From: a virus
Lineage: Duplodnaviria; Caudoviricetes
Length of the DNA: 64,000 nucleotides
Strand: one strand, 5' to 3'
IMG/VR virus record: IMGVR_UViG_3300020360_000085
Location: 160,001 to 224,000 of that record
The position numbers and the translations under genes are program-made. Position 1 is the first letter of the stretch. Each line of letters starts with the position of its first letter. Below the pieces are notes generated by a model, which was not told where the DNA came from, did not search any database, and saw nothing but the letters and a program-made list of their open reading frames with translations. Of the stretch, positions 37,926 through 47,260 are shown piece after piece.

Positions 37926-38300
37926 TTATGGTACTTTTATGTATTCCATTTCACAGCCATTTTCATTATCCTCGGCTACTGAAATCTTTACCCAACGACC
38001 AGGATACCTATCTTGTATCTGTGTCGCTAAATCATCTGCGATCATTTCGCATGACTTGTTATTAAGTTGTATAACATCTTCATTATACAAACTTTCAAGC
38101 CATCTTTTAAATTGTATAAACTCGATATCTCTGTCATCATGAAACACTTCTATCCACACTTTAAAGTGAAATATGTGTCTGTGTTTATACCCCAAAAAAC
38201 TTACGTCATACTCGTCTCCTGTAGCAGTAGCAGGATTTGTATCTGCTCCAGGATAAAAGTGTATTCCCTCTTTACTGAATGTTACCCAAATACTTCTCAC
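37926..38300 (-). CDS. dpdL: QueD-paralogue T-fold protein with LxxxHRHxF motif (DpdL-like)
   Basis: FLGYKHRHIFHF, RDIEFIQFK, KSCEMIA, AEDNENG; probable GTG start at 38300 behind GGAGG; lacks the CxxxHGH of canonical QueD. Confidence 0.65.
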   Translation of the reverse strand: MRSIWVTFSKEGIHFYPGADTNPATATGDEYDVSFLGYKHRHIFHFKVWIEVFHDDRDIEFIQFKRWLESLYNEDVIQLNNKSCEMIADDLATQIQDRYPGRWVKISVAEDNENGCEMEYIKVP

Positions 38301-38328
38301 GACCAACCTCCATCAATTGTTTCCATTA

Positions 38329-38445
38329 CTATAACTCCTTATTCTCTTGTTTGTCATTATTATAACCGCCAACTAAAAATATTGTTGCAAAGGCAACACT
38401 GAAGCACACTAAACTAACAAAAAATACTAATTGTGTTAATTCCAT
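38329..38445 (-). CDS. small single-TM membrane peptide (38 aa, absent from the track)
   Basis: MELTQLVFFVSLVCFSVAFATIFLVGGYNNDKQENKEL; TAATG overlap. Confidence 0.45.
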   Translation of the reverse strand: MELTQLVFFVSLVCFSVAFATIFLVGGYNNDKQENKEL

Positions 38446-38852
38446 TATGCCTCCTTATTTGGGTTCCAAATAGTTAGATTTTTAGTTTTAAGTCTATTAG
38501 CAACAATTTTGTATCTGGACTGCTCTTCCTTCCATTCCTTTAACCATTTATGGCCATCTCTTTCTGCATCTACAAAAATAGCATTTGTAAAGGCCAAAGG
38601 AATTAAAATTGCACAATGTATTATAATACTTGCTACTGTATTATAACCAAACCATCCGAGATAGTGTGCCGCAATAAATCCAAAAAATACACTCCACATA
38701 ACAAACAGCACTAACATAAAGTATGTTTGTAAACTTGGATCTGGTATATACTTTAATGGATTATATCTAACGTCCATTACTCTTCTCCAGCCATTTACAA
38801 GACCTAATATTGCCCTTCTAAATAGGCTTGGCTTCTTCATTAAAGGTTCCAT
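38445..38852 (-). CDS. membrane protein, hypothetical
   Basis: Two hydrophobic segments; YNPLKYIPDPSLQ; RBS AGGAG. Confidence 0.7.
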   Translation of the reverse strand: MEPLMKKPSLFRRAILGLVNGWRRVMDVRYNPLKYIPDPSLQTYFMLVLFVMWSVFFGFIAAHYLGWFGYNTVASIIIHCAILIPLAFTNAIFVDAERDGHKWLKEWKEEQSRYKIVANRLKTKNLTIWNPNKEA

Positions 38853-38860
38853 ATTTTCTC

Positions 38861-38965
38861 CTATTCAATATGATTTCTTATATATTCTTTTAATACATGC
38901 ATACCATATGATATCCAAGTAATAAAAAAAAGACTCCATAAAACTAATTGAAGAATTTCAATCAT
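38861..38965 (-). CDS. small single-TM membrane peptide (34 aa, absent from the track)
   Basis: MIEILQLVLWSLFFITWISYGMHVLKEYIRNHIE fills the gap exactly. Confidence 0.45.
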   Translation of the reverse strand: MIEILQLVLWSLFFITWISYGMHVLKEYIRNHIE

Positions 38966-39149
38966 TAACTGAATCCGCTTCAGTTAATCTGTCTAACTCC
39001 TCAATATCATGTTCACCAATAATTTCAACATCAAAGTTTCCATCTGGTGTTCTATCAACAGTAAATGACATATCATATCCTTTACTTTCTAAAGTATCTA
39101 CTTTAGCACAAAATTCATTAAATTCGCTAGTGGTTAATGTTGCTTTCAT
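38958..39149 (-). CDS. small hypothetical protein
   Basis: RBS AAGGAG; ATGA overlap. Confidence 0.55.
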   Translation of the reverse strand: MKATLTTSEFNEFCAKVDTLESKGYDMSFTVDRTPDGNFDVEIIGEHDIEELDRLTEADSVND

Positions 39150-39274
39150 TCTGACTCCTTGTCATTATTTTCTGCTTCTTCATTTGCAGTTTCATTATTT
39201 TGCTTCTGCTTTTTTAGTATTTCAGCAATAGCACTTTCGTAACTTAATGGTTGTTCTTTTTTATCTTCTGTCAT
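39146..39274 (-). CDS. small hypothetical protein (42 aa, absent from the track)
   Basis: MTEDKKEQPLSYESAIAEILKKQ...; ATGA overlaps at both ends. Confidence 0.45.
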   Translation of the reverse strand: MTEDKKEQPLSYESAIAEILKKQKQNNETANEEAENNDKESE

Positions 39275-39432
39275 TTTTCTGGGTCTTCTAAAATATCTTG
39301 TTTCTCTTCTATTACCTTTCTCATAACGTCATGCTCTGTAGTATCACACCAATTGCAAGGCTGTCCATATGGTATTTGTGTTTCTCCAACATCTTTACAA
39401 ACATGTGTCCACCATTTACCATTCTGCTTCAT
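39271..39432 (-). CDS. small H/C-motif protein (53 aa, absent from the track)
   Basis: MKQNGKWWTHVCKDVG...PCNWCD; HxC...CxxC possible Zn site. Confidence 0.5.
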   Translation of the reverse strand: MKQNGKWWTHVCKDVGETQIPYGQPCNWCDTTEHDVMRKVIEEKQDILEDPEK

Positions 39433-39604
39433 CTATAAGTTCCTGTATCTCATCAGGTATTTCTACACCTGTTCTTTTAAGAAACACAAATAACTTAACA
39501 AAAAATCCTTCCCAATCTTCTATTTCAGTAAAGTCTCCATCAAACTCAACACTTGATATTATATTATGTTCGTCCGTTCCTGTCAACTTATATTTTACAG
39601 CCAT
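39416..39604 (-). CDS. small acidic hypothetical protein
   Basis: TAATG-coupled ORF. Confidence 0.5.
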   Translation of the reverse strand: MAVKYKLTGTDEHNIISSVEFDGDFTEIEDWEGFFVKLFVFLKRTGVEIPDEIQELIDEAEW

Positions 39605-40080
39605 TATATAATCTCCGCCCTATTAGTATATTTTATATAAGGCTCAAAATAACTTTTTCTAGTCATTTTTTCTATAGACTCTGAAAATATTCCATCATTA
39701 GAATATGTTAAATACTTGTCATTTATTTTATAACAAGTATTTTCGTTGTATTCTGCTAAATCTGGAATAATAAAATTTAAAATTGGAATAAAGTTATTAC
39801 TGTTATTGCATTCCATGTTTATTATATCTGGGCAATAATTAGGAGTAAATTCTAAAGATATATATAAATCTTTTACTGCTAATAACTCTTTTAAAAGGTC
39901 TGCCCATAAATTAAATTGATTTCTGTTACCTGGATTAAAATTAGTAAAATGGATATGATGTACTTTATTGTTTAATGCTCGTGCTAATATTTCTTCTTTA
40001 TGTTGCCAGCCATGTACAAACAAAGTTTCCTCACCTTTCATAATTGTGTTATCAACTTCGCTACCTAAACTATAAATCAT
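39604..40080 (-). CDS. hypothetical protein downstream of dpdA
   Basis: ATGA overlap with the dpdA stop; no motif. Confidence 0.6.
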   Translation of the reverse strand: MIYSLGSEVDNTIMKGEETLFVHGWQHKEEILARALNNKVHHIHFTNFNPGNRNQFNLWADLLKELLAVKDLYISLEFTPNYCPDIINMECNNSNNFIPILNFIIPDLAEYNENTCYKINDKYLTYSNDGIFSESIEKMTRKSYFEPYIKYTNRAEII

Positions 40081-41609
40081 GCCTCAAAATCTCCTGACAT
40101 AATTTCATGTGTCATTGCATTTACATCATCGTCCTGATCAAATTCTTCTTCCTCAAAAAATGCACCAAATCCTGCATTTGTTTTAGCACCAAAACTCATC
40201 TCATCTAGTAATTTAACATTTTCTTCTATTAGTTCATATGGATTAGGACAAGCAGGATCTAATACTTCCTGGCAAAAACTATCAAAGTATAATGCATTTG
40301 CAGGAACATAAGGACTAAATTCGTTACTCTTGCCTGATTTTTTATCATTAATATAATCAGTATAATGTACATTAGTTCTATATTTTTCTACATCAGCAAG
40401 TCTGTTTGCTTCTTGTACCGCAGTAATATGATTGTACACACTATGAGCCATATAATATAGATATGTTTGTGTGTCCCAACTTGTAGATGTTGCACTCTTG
40501 GCCTTTCCGTTTTTATCTAGATCGCCTTCTGACATGGCACATATATCTCCTACAGTAAGTCTTTCCATTATAGGAGAATGTGCAAATGGCATAGGCAACT
40601 TGGAGCCTTTTAATTGTTGATTGTCTATCGCTCTATCCATTAAGTAACTAAACTTTTTAGGATGGAAACTGTTATGTGTATATGTGCTACCATATGCACT
40701 ATTAACAAACGGACTGGCGGCATCCATGCTCAAACATATATCTGGACTGTCATGTTTCCTTAACATTCTTTGTATGCTAGTTAAGTAACAGGCCCAATTA
40801 AGTTTACCTGTACCCAAGAAATGTATCCAGCCTTTGCCTTCCAACAATCCATCTTCCCTGAGTTTAAGTATCCTTCTTAGGGCCATTCTCATATTACGTT
40901 TTTGTAAATCAGCAAATGCGTATCCTTCTAATGCAAGTTCGCTATTGCCATATGCTTCTTTACAAAATTTAGGGTCACTAAAATGTTTAACTTTTTCATA
41001 CCACTCATCACAAGTAGGCTCATCAACTCCACTCATTACATTTAAGAACTTACACTTACCTGGTGTTCTGTTCTTCATATAGTAGTCCAAGTTGTACAAA
41101 CTAATTTGCATAGTTTGTTCAAAAGTTTCTAATCCTGTTTTTTTATTGAAAGGAGGGAAGGCCGCAAAAGGAGGAACATCTAATGTCATTGCCCAATCGC
41201 ATTGTTCCTCTTCCCATTTAAGAATTTTATTTACAAGTTTTTCCCTTTCAGGATCATCTGGATTTATAGCATTTGCCCAATCCATTTTAATAACACCAGT
41301 TGCAATCTGGAAACCGCCTGAGTCTCCAAGTATTAGTGTTTTACTTCTATCTCTATCAGTAATCATAGGCTCGCCATCAAGTTTATCTAAATCTAACTGA
41401 GCATGACCGGCAGAGTATAATCCCCAAGGATAGTAATAGTAAGTGTCTATATCTTTTAGGAAATCCATGCCCTCATGACCTAATTCAAGTCCTTCAGGTA
41501 CTCTAGGTGCTCCTTCTTTTTGTAATTTTTCTAACTGCTTTACATAAAAACTACTAATAGCAGGTAAAAATATTGCATAGTCTCTTTGTGTTTTTCCTAA
41601 ATTTTTCAT
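40077..41609 (-). CDS. dpdA: DpdA-like (TGT-fold) 7-deazaguanine DNA transglycosylase
   Basis: ILGDSGGFQ (TGT catalytic Asp), MTLDVP, IHFLGTG, SMDAASP; no TGT Zn-binding Cys cluster; lies among folE, queE and a queD paralogue. Confidence 0.8.
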   Translation of the reverse strand: MKNLGKTQRDYAIFLPAISSFYVKQLEKLQKEGAPRVPEGLELGHEGMDFLKDIDTYYYYPWGLYSAGHAQLDLDKLDGEPMITDRDRSKTLILGDSGGFQIATGVIKMDWANAINPDDPEREKLVNKILKWEEEQCDWAMTLDVPPFAAFPPFNKKTGLETFEQTMQISLYNLDYYMKNRTPGKCKFLNVMSGVDEPTCDEWYEKVKHFSDPKFCKEAYGNSELALEGYAFADLQKRNMRMALRRILKLREDGLLEGKGWIHFLGTGKLNWACYLTSIQRMLRKHDSPDICLSMDAASPFVNSAYGSTYTHNSFHPKKFSYLMDRAIDNQQLKGSKLPMPFAHSPIMERLTVGDICAMSEGDLDKNGKAKSATSTSWDTQTYLYYMAHSVYNHITAVQEANRLADVEKYRTNVHYTDYINDKKSGKSNEFSPYVPANALYFDSFCQEVLDPACPNPYELIEENVKLLDEMSFGAKTNAGFGAFFEEEEFDQDDDVNAMTHEIMSGDFEA

Positions 41610-41846
41610 GTTCCAAATCCTAATTGACCGTTTACATAGTCATTAACGTTTTTATTTTCTTTTTCTTTTGTATCAAAAACTTTTTCCTCATGTTTAAGTT
41701 GAGCCCAATTTTTTTCTCTACGTTCCTCGTCTGCCCAGCCACTTTCTATATGTAGTCCTGCAGGTAATGACATATTTTTCTTTTCAGTTTTACTTTCCAT
41801 TTCACTATTTTTTAATAGTTCTTCTTCAGAAATACAACCACACATT
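41606..41846 (-). CDS. small hypothetical protein (start uncertain)
   Basis: Open frame ending in an ATGA overlap with dpdA; the track N-terminus overlaps the upstream gene and is probably not translated. Confidence 0.4.
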
Positions 41847-42530
41847 TTACCACTTAACTCCAACATTAAAACTAAACACATTAGTATCAATAGGATCTTC
41901 TGTGTAAGTGTTTGCAATACTTAATACTAAGCCACTATCTAAATTATAATTTAAAGCAGTTTCATTTCTTATATAAACATCACTATCACTACCTTCTTCA
42001 TAAAGAAACTTATTTGTAAAAGTAATTTTTTCAGCAACTTTGTAAAAAAACCATAAACTGTTTCTAATAATTGCTTCATTTATAGAGTCTGTTTGTAAAG
42101 TTGCAATAGAAAATTCGTTACTTGCTTTCATTCTGTCTGTTCTTAAAAGTTTGTATCCATATCCAACACCTAGTACTTTCCTATCTCCGTCTGCTCTAAA
42201 TTTATCATTATCATAACCTAGCACACCAAATACATATTGCTTTGGAGAAAATGTATAATTAGTTTTTGTATTAAACACAAACTCATTTAAAATTTCTTCG
42301 CTATCCTCTTTTTTGTAAACATAGTCTGTTTCCAATGTTTGTTGCCACTTATTCTGTTCCCACTGATAGTCAAAACTACCATTAACAGTTACAGAATGGC
42401 TATTGATTAAAGTACCACCAAGTTTTGCACTTCCAGATGCATTTAATGGATTAGACAATATCATAAAAAATAAGAATAGCAGACTACATACTGCTATCTT
42501 ATAATATTTTTCTACCTTTTCGTCAGACAT
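41847..42530 (-). CDS. outer-membrane beta-barrel protein (DUF481/YdiY-like)
   Basis: Signal peptide ending LNA; alternating beta-strands; C-terminal FSFNVGVKW. Confidence 0.7.
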   Translation of the reverse strand: MSDEKVEKYYKIAVCSLLFLFFMILSNPLNASGSAKLGGTLINSHSVTVNGSFDYQWEQNKWQQTLETDYVYKKEDSEEILNEFVFNTKTNYTFSPKQYVFGVLGYDNDKFRADGDRKVLGVGYGYKLLRTDRMKASNEFSIATLQTDSINEAIIRNSLWFFYKVAEKITFTNKFLYEEGSDSDVYIRNETALNYNLDSGLVLSIANTYTEDPIDTNVFSFNVGVKW

Positions 42531-43277
42531 TTAACTCCTTGCTGGAAGTAGATAAGTATATTTTCCTATACCACTGTCTACAATAATTTGCAATAAACCT
42601 TGATCATTAATACTCATTACACAATTACCAGACTCACTTAATCTTAAAATTTTAAGAACTATGTCTAAAGGCCATCTCCAATCTTTAGTAATACTGCCTT
42701 CTATATCATTACTAATTAAAATTTTTGTTCTATCACTTACACCATCACCAATATGGAAAAATAGTTGTGTACCATCAGTTTTAGGACTAAAGTTTGCCTC
42801 AAATCCGCCTAGCACACTATTAAAGTAACCTAAATCTTTTAAGTTCTTTTGTGTAGGCACAATGTTTACATCAAACTCTGCACCTTTAAATTTAATTGCT
42901 TTTAACTGCTGATTAATTACATCTGCCAACATAAATCTGTAATGTGCATCATTACCATCTTGTGCAGTAAATTTAATTTCTACAGGAACATTATCTCCAT
43001 TCCTTTCTTGCATCACAACTTCTTGTTTTGCATTTTCATCATCAAAGCCAGGATATTGCAAGTACCCTTGTAGTACTCCCATTCTGCTTAAACCAATTGT
43101 TGAGTCCACAAAGTCAGCAACTGCATTATGTGTCTCTCCTTTAAAAATTACAGTCTTGTCTGCATCAACAGTTTCTACTTCTGTTTTGTCCAATGTGCCT
43201 GTAATTTTAACCATTTCAAAAATGCCTAAACTATGTGTGTGTTTTAGAACATCTTTAAATACATCTTTAATAGCCAT
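42531..43277 (-). CDS. putative DNA polymerase sliding clamp
   Basis: 248 aa, adjacent to PolB, two-domain beta-rich pattern ending KYTYLLPA; resemblance-based. Confidence 0.55.
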   Translation of the reverse strand: MAIKDVFKDVLKHTHSLGIFEMVKITGTLDKTEVETVDADKTVIFKGETHNAVADFVDSTIGLSRMGVLQGYLQYPGFDDENAKQEVVMQERNGDNVPVEIKFTAQDGNDAHYRFMLADVINQQLKAIKFKGAEFDVNIVPTQKNLKDLGYFNSVLGGFEANFSPKTDGTQLFFHIGDGVSDRTKILISNDIEGSITKDWRWPLDIVLKILRLSESGNCVMSINDQGLLQIIVDSGIGKYTYLLPARS

Positions 43278-43302
43278 ATTTTATCTCCAAGAATATAACA
43301 AT

Positions 43303-43330
43303 ATTATACATTATTATTTAGATAAGTCAA
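43303..43330 (-). promoter_or_regulatory. sigma70-like promoter TTGACT-N16-TATAAT
   Basis: -35 at 43325-43330, -10 at 43303-43308. Confidence 0.7.
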
Positions 43331-43354
43331 CATATTTTTTCCAGTTTTTTTCGG

Positions 43355-46036
43355 TCATAATTCGAAAAATTTTTGTAATGTTTCACTCTCCGTTGTTTTA
43401 CTTAATTCAAATCCTAAAGGACCTAAAACGTTTTCTACTTTTTTGTCCACAACACTTTCTTCCATTGCTTCTTCATCAAAGGGCAACTCCTTAAACCATT
43501 GTGGCAAATTTAATTCATCTGTAGGGTATGCAACACTAGTATAACCCATAGGATTATTTTTAAGTTTACAAACAACTACCTTCATACCATCAGTTATAGG
43601 CAGACTGTAGTTATCACTGTTTGCTTGTCTTAAATTATTCCAATTTATACTTGCCCTGACATGCCCAGGAATCATGTTACTTTGTCCTTCATTTTTTACA
43701 GCATCTAACTTATGCAATCTGTAATTTTCAGGCACTTTAGCCTTAGCCATTAGTTTTGCGGTGTACATTGTAACATTATTAGCACGTTTAGGCATACCTT
43801 TTTTCCAAGGATCTAAACTTTTAAAGTAATCTTTAAAGTCTCTAATTTTTTGTATTGCATGTTCTTCTCCCATACCTTTTAAGGAGTCAATTAATACTTC
43901 CTCTAAAAAGTCTTGAATAAATTCAGGAGTATCAGAACGTTTTATTTCTAATCCCATTGCCTTAAGTTTGCCACCCTCAGGCTGATATCCTTCTATATCT
44001 AAACACAGTATTGCGTACCTTTTCTTTGTTAAAAATAGTCCTGATCTGCCTACTACTTCTCTTCCTGCTTTCATTACTTGTCCAGTGTCTAAAGGAACAT
44101 TAAAAGTATCTTTTAGATATTGCGGAAAAGTTTCACTTACATTTTCAGATATATGATCATACAATTTTATTGCACTATCCATTTCCAGTTTTTCACCTTC
44201 AGGTAAGGCCGGAGTAGCAGTAAAGTAAACAGAATCTGTGTCTCCATATATAATACAATCTCCTTCATGATCATATTCTCCAGTCAACATAAGATTAGTT
44301 TGAGCCCCCATATGCCTAGTAATGCTCCTGCCAGTTAGTGTAGTACTTTGTCCTATACGTTTGTCATAAAATCTACAACCAGGATTTAGTATTGCACCAT
44401 ATAAACTATTAAGTTGAATCTTTTTAACTAACTGCCTTTTATCCCAAAAAGCAATCTCTTCAGACGTTGTTGCTTCTTTTTTCTTCTTTTGCATTTGTTG
44501 TCTTTCTGCATACCAACGTTCTAATAAGCCAGGCACAATGCCTTGGAAGTCTGTTTTAAATATTGTGCCATTTGCACTTATATTCCAAGGTTGCCCACTA
44601 TTAAAAACTAAATTGTAAACATCAGCACCTGTAACTTTATGTGTAGATCCATCTTCCATATCCAAATCCATCATATGATCTACATCTTTATTTTTAACAA
44701 ACTCATATTCATCTGTTCCAAACTTGCCATGCCAAGCATCACTAAATGTTTTTTTCTCTAACTTCATTGCATTAGTAATTGTTTCTTCTGTATAATCCAA
44801 ACGTAACTGCCCAACAATAGTTTCAGGCGCCATATTTAAGGCCCTAAATACACTAGGATACAGACTGTTTAAGTCCATACTGCCTACCCATTCATGAAAA
44901 CCTTTTTTAGGAGTTGCCACAAAGGCACCAGCCGCCTGATCTCTTTCTGATGCTTTAGGTCTGTCAGGAACTACAAACTCCCTCCTGTGTGCTTCATTAA
45001 TAATTGCTTGTTCTGTTGTTGCTACCGCCCCCATTGTTGCCGGCAATAGTATTGTATTTTCATGTGCAATAATATTTGCAAGATCGATAAACATTAATTT
45101 TTTATCCATTTTTGCAAGTAGCATAACGTCTTGTATGTTGTATTCTAAAAATTTTACAAAGTCATAATTGTAAAGTCTATCTAGACTACCTTCATAAGGG
45201 ACTTTTTTCTCCCCTATTTCCATTTCCCCTATATAGTCTAGCCTATAACTATGTCGTTCCTCATAATTGTATTTCCTATATAAGTTCAGGTAGTCTAGAT
45301 GAACTCGACCTACTAGGTCATAACTGACAACTTCTTTGCCATATTGCTCAAACTTCCTTTCTTTAGGAAGTTTTTTCATAAGGCACAGTCGCCTAGTTTC
45401 TGCTTTACCCATTACTCTGGTAATTCTGTTTACTATGTAAGGTATATCATAACCTTCACTGTTCCAACCACTTATAATATCTGCGTCATCTATAAGTGTA
45501 AGAAAAGCATCTAGCATTTCTTTTTCTGTTTTATATAAAATAACTTCAGGCATATCCTTTGTCATTTCATTTGCTTGTTCAAAAGATATCCTTTTAGGAG
45601 GAACAGCAAGACATATCATTGTCTCCATCCAATCTAAATATATTCCTATTGCAGTAATAATAGAATAGGGATCTTGAGGACTACTATATCCTCTGCTAGG
45701 ATCAAAGTCTGATTCTATATCTATAAATGCTGTTTGTAATTTAGGAGCAGGAGAATTAGTATAATTATCTGCAAGTGTTTTGTTAAGAGGCCTTATATCA
45801 CTTTCATAAAGACCGTTGTGTTTGTTTATGCCTACATTCTTTTTAAAATCTTTTATGTTTGTGCAACGAACTTCTGTTACAGGATCACCATATATACTTT
45901 TAGTTTTGCCATTAGGATCTTTATAATAAAAATTGTGTACAGGTTTAAGTTCTTTTACAACTCTTTCTCCATCCACACGTTCTACGACTGTTACAACGTC
46001 TTTCGATTGTTCGTAAAATGCGTCTACATAACTCAT
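43355..46036 (-). CDS. family B DNA polymerase (gp43-like)
   Basis: Exonuclease motifs FIDIE, GWNSEGYD, YNIQD; polymerase motifs DLNSLYPS, KIQLNSLYG, YGDTDS, KKRYA. Confidence 0.97.
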   Translation of the reverse strand: MSYVDAFYEQSKDVVTVVERVDGERVVKELKPVHNFYYKDPNGKTKSIYGDPVTEVRCTNIKDFKKNVGINKHNGLYESDIRPLNKTLADNYTNSPAPKLQTAFIDIESDFDPSRGYSSPQDPYSIITAIGIYLDWMETMICLAVPPKRISFEQANEMTKDMPEVILYKTEKEMLDAFLTLIDDADIISGWNSEGYDIPYIVNRITRVMGKAETRRLCLMKKLPKERKFEQYGKEVVSYDLVGRVHLDYLNLYRKYNYEERHSYRLDYIGEMEIGEKKVPYEGSLDRLYNYDFVKFLEYNIQDVMLLAKMDKKLMFIDLANIIAHENTILLPATMGAVATTEQAIINEAHRREFVVPDRPKASERDQAAGAFVATPKKGFHEWVGSMDLNSLYPSVFRALNMAPETIVGQLRLDYTEETITNAMKLEKKTFSDAWHGKFGTDEYEFVKNKDVDHMMDLDMEDGSTHKVTGADVYNLVFNSGQPWNISANGTIFKTDFQGIVPGLLERWYAERQQMQKKKKEATTSEEIAFWDKRQLVKKIQLNSLYGAILNPGCRFYDKRIGQSTTLTGRSITRHMGAQTNLMLTGEYDHEGDCIIYGDTDSVYFTATPALPEGEKLEMDSAIKLYDHISENVSETFPQYLKDTFNVPLDTGQVMKAGREVVGRSGLFLTKKRYAILCLDIEGYQPEGGKLKAMGLEIKRSDTPEFIQDFLEEVLIDSLKGMGEEHAIQKIRDFKDYFKSLDPWKKGMPKRANNVTMYTAKLMAKAKVPENYRLHKLDAVKNEGQSNMIPGHVRASINWNNLRQANSDNYSLPITDGMKVVVCKLKNNPMGYTSVAYPTDELNLPQWFKELPFDEEAMEESVVDKKVENVLGPLGFELSKTTESETLQKFFEL

Positions 46037-46059
46037 AGATAGGCTACCTGTAAAATGTT

Positions 46060-46087
46060 ATTATATAACTTATTTGGAAATTGTCAA
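46060..46087 (-). promoter_or_regulatory. sigma70-like promoter TTGACA-N16-TATAAT
   Basis: -35 at 46082-46087, -10 at 46060-46065, upstream of PolB. Confidence 0.7.
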
Positions 46088-46090
46088 CGA

Positions 46091-46354
46091 TTATAATGTC
46101 TTACCAACAACTTCCAAAATAGTTTCTAACTCATCGAAATTATCCCTCTCATCGGTAAATTTCGCCTTGTGAGCAACCTTAATGGCCTTCATAAGAATGC
46201 CAGGTTTTAACTCCATTTCTTCTGCTATTGCTTTGACAGTTTCTCTTAATCCTGTGTTAAGAGCGTCAACTTCGTGTAATACTTGATCGCCTTCTTGCAC
46301 TAATTTTTTTAGTCTAGCGATTTCTTCTTGATTGAATACTTTATTGAACGACAT
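46091..46354 (-). CDS. small helical dsDNA-binding-like protein (T4 DsbA/GapR-like)
   Basis: 87-aa helical pattern LKKLVQEG...LRETVKAIAEEMELKPGILMKAIKVAHK; resemblance only. Confidence 0.45.
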   Translation of the reverse strand: MSFNKVFNQEEIARLKKLVQEGDQVLHEVDALNTGLRETVKAIAEEMELKPGILMKAIKVAHKAKFTDERDNFDELETILEVVGKTL

Positions 46355-46395
46355 ATTTATTCCTTTATATACTTTTATTTAATTGATTAAATTAT

Positions 46396-46423
46396 AGTAT
46401 AACAGGATTTCTGGCTATGTCAA
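46396..46423 (-). promoter_or_regulatory. sigma70-like promoter TTGACA-N16-TATACT
   Basis: -35 at 46418-46423, -10 at 46396-46401. Confidence 0.7.
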
Positions 46424-46621
46424 GATATTTACTTGTATTCCTAAAGGATTTGTGTTAGGTAGGTCAGGAGTGTAATTTTTTACTTCAATGTTAAACACAC
46501 TTTTATAACCAGGAGGTTGTATAAAAGATAGTTCATTAAGTATGTTTCTATCTCTTACTCTATTTCCTTGCTTATCAAAAACTACGAATTCGTTTGCTAG
46601 ATAATGTACTTCTAGAATCAT
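46415..46621 (-). CDS. hypothetical protein
   Basis: ATGA-coupled small ORF. Confidence 0.5.
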   Translation of the reverse strand: MILEVHYLANEFVVFDKQGNRVRDRNILNELSFIQPPGYKSVFNIEVKNYTPDLPNTNPLGIQVNILT

Positions 46622-46926
46622 ACCTCAACAGAGGCTTCGAAAGTAAATTGAGTATCGTCAAATTCTTCAAAAAGCATTTCAGATATCTTATCACCTTCGT
46701 CAGCATCTATCTCCTCTAACAAAATAATTTCATATATCCACATAAGACCTTCTGAGTCCTCACTAGTATATGCAATTACTTCTATGCCTACTTTTGATTT
46801 TTCTTCATCATAGGCAACTAATACTTTTGTAGGTACAACACTTTGAACAATGTCGTGATAAGTTATGACGTCCTGATCATCTAACTCGTCTCTACATAAT
46901 ATTCTTACAAAGTGTTTTATAAACAT
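46618..46926 (-). CDS. acidic hypothetical protein
   Basis: Highly acidic 102-aa ORF. Confidence 0.6.
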   Translation of the reverse strand: MFIKHFVRILCRDELDDQDVITYHDIVQSVVPTKVLVAYDEEKSKVGIEVIAYTSEDSEGLMWIYEIILLEEIDADEGDKISEMLFEEFDDTQFTFEASVEV

Positions 46927-46928
46927 GA

Positions 46929-47228
46929 TTAATCGCTTTTATCTTTATCTGTTCCTGCATACAAACCAAACCAGGCCGCACCAGCACCAACAATAATACT
47001 TATCAAACCAGATTGTTCTAATGTTGGTTCTTCGAGTCCCATAAACCACATAGTGGAATAATACAGTAAAAATACATAAACACTTAAAAATAAACGTGGA
47101 AAAATTCTCCATGCGTCTACGGCTCTTGCCATATGTATCCAACCCTGATAAGGATTTTTACTACTGTCTACTGTTTTTGTATCAACCTCTAGGTCTATTT
47201 GTACAGTTCGTTTTTCAATGTCTGCCAT
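46929..47228 (-). CDS. two-TM membrane protein (possibly holin-like)
   Basis: DAWRIFPRLF followed by two hydrophobic helices; late promoter and RBS upstream. Confidence 0.5.
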   Translation of the reverse strand: MADIEKRTVQIDLEVDTKTVDSSKNPYQGWIHMARAVDAWRIFPRLFLSVYVFLLYYSTMWFMGLEEPTLEQSGLISIIVGAGAAWFGLYAGTDKDKSD

Positions 47229-47260
47229 TGTTACTCTCCTTTTAAAACTGTGTGTATTAC

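Noticed and set aside
37926-38306. Canonical QueD
   Set aside because: Has LxxxHRHxF rather than CxxxHGH, so it is treated as a paralogue.
40077-41609. Canonical tRNA-guanine transglycosylase (tgt)
   Set aside because: Lacks the CxCxxC...H zinc site; the phage context with folE and queE favours DpdA.
41847-41917. N-terminal extension of ORF 41606-41917
   Set aside because: Overlaps the OMP gene end in another frame; its hydrophobicity derives from the barrel codons.
43355-46036. Intein, intron or split in PolB
   Set aside because: Single 893-aa ORF with all motifs at normal spacing; no LAGLIDADG or HNH insert.
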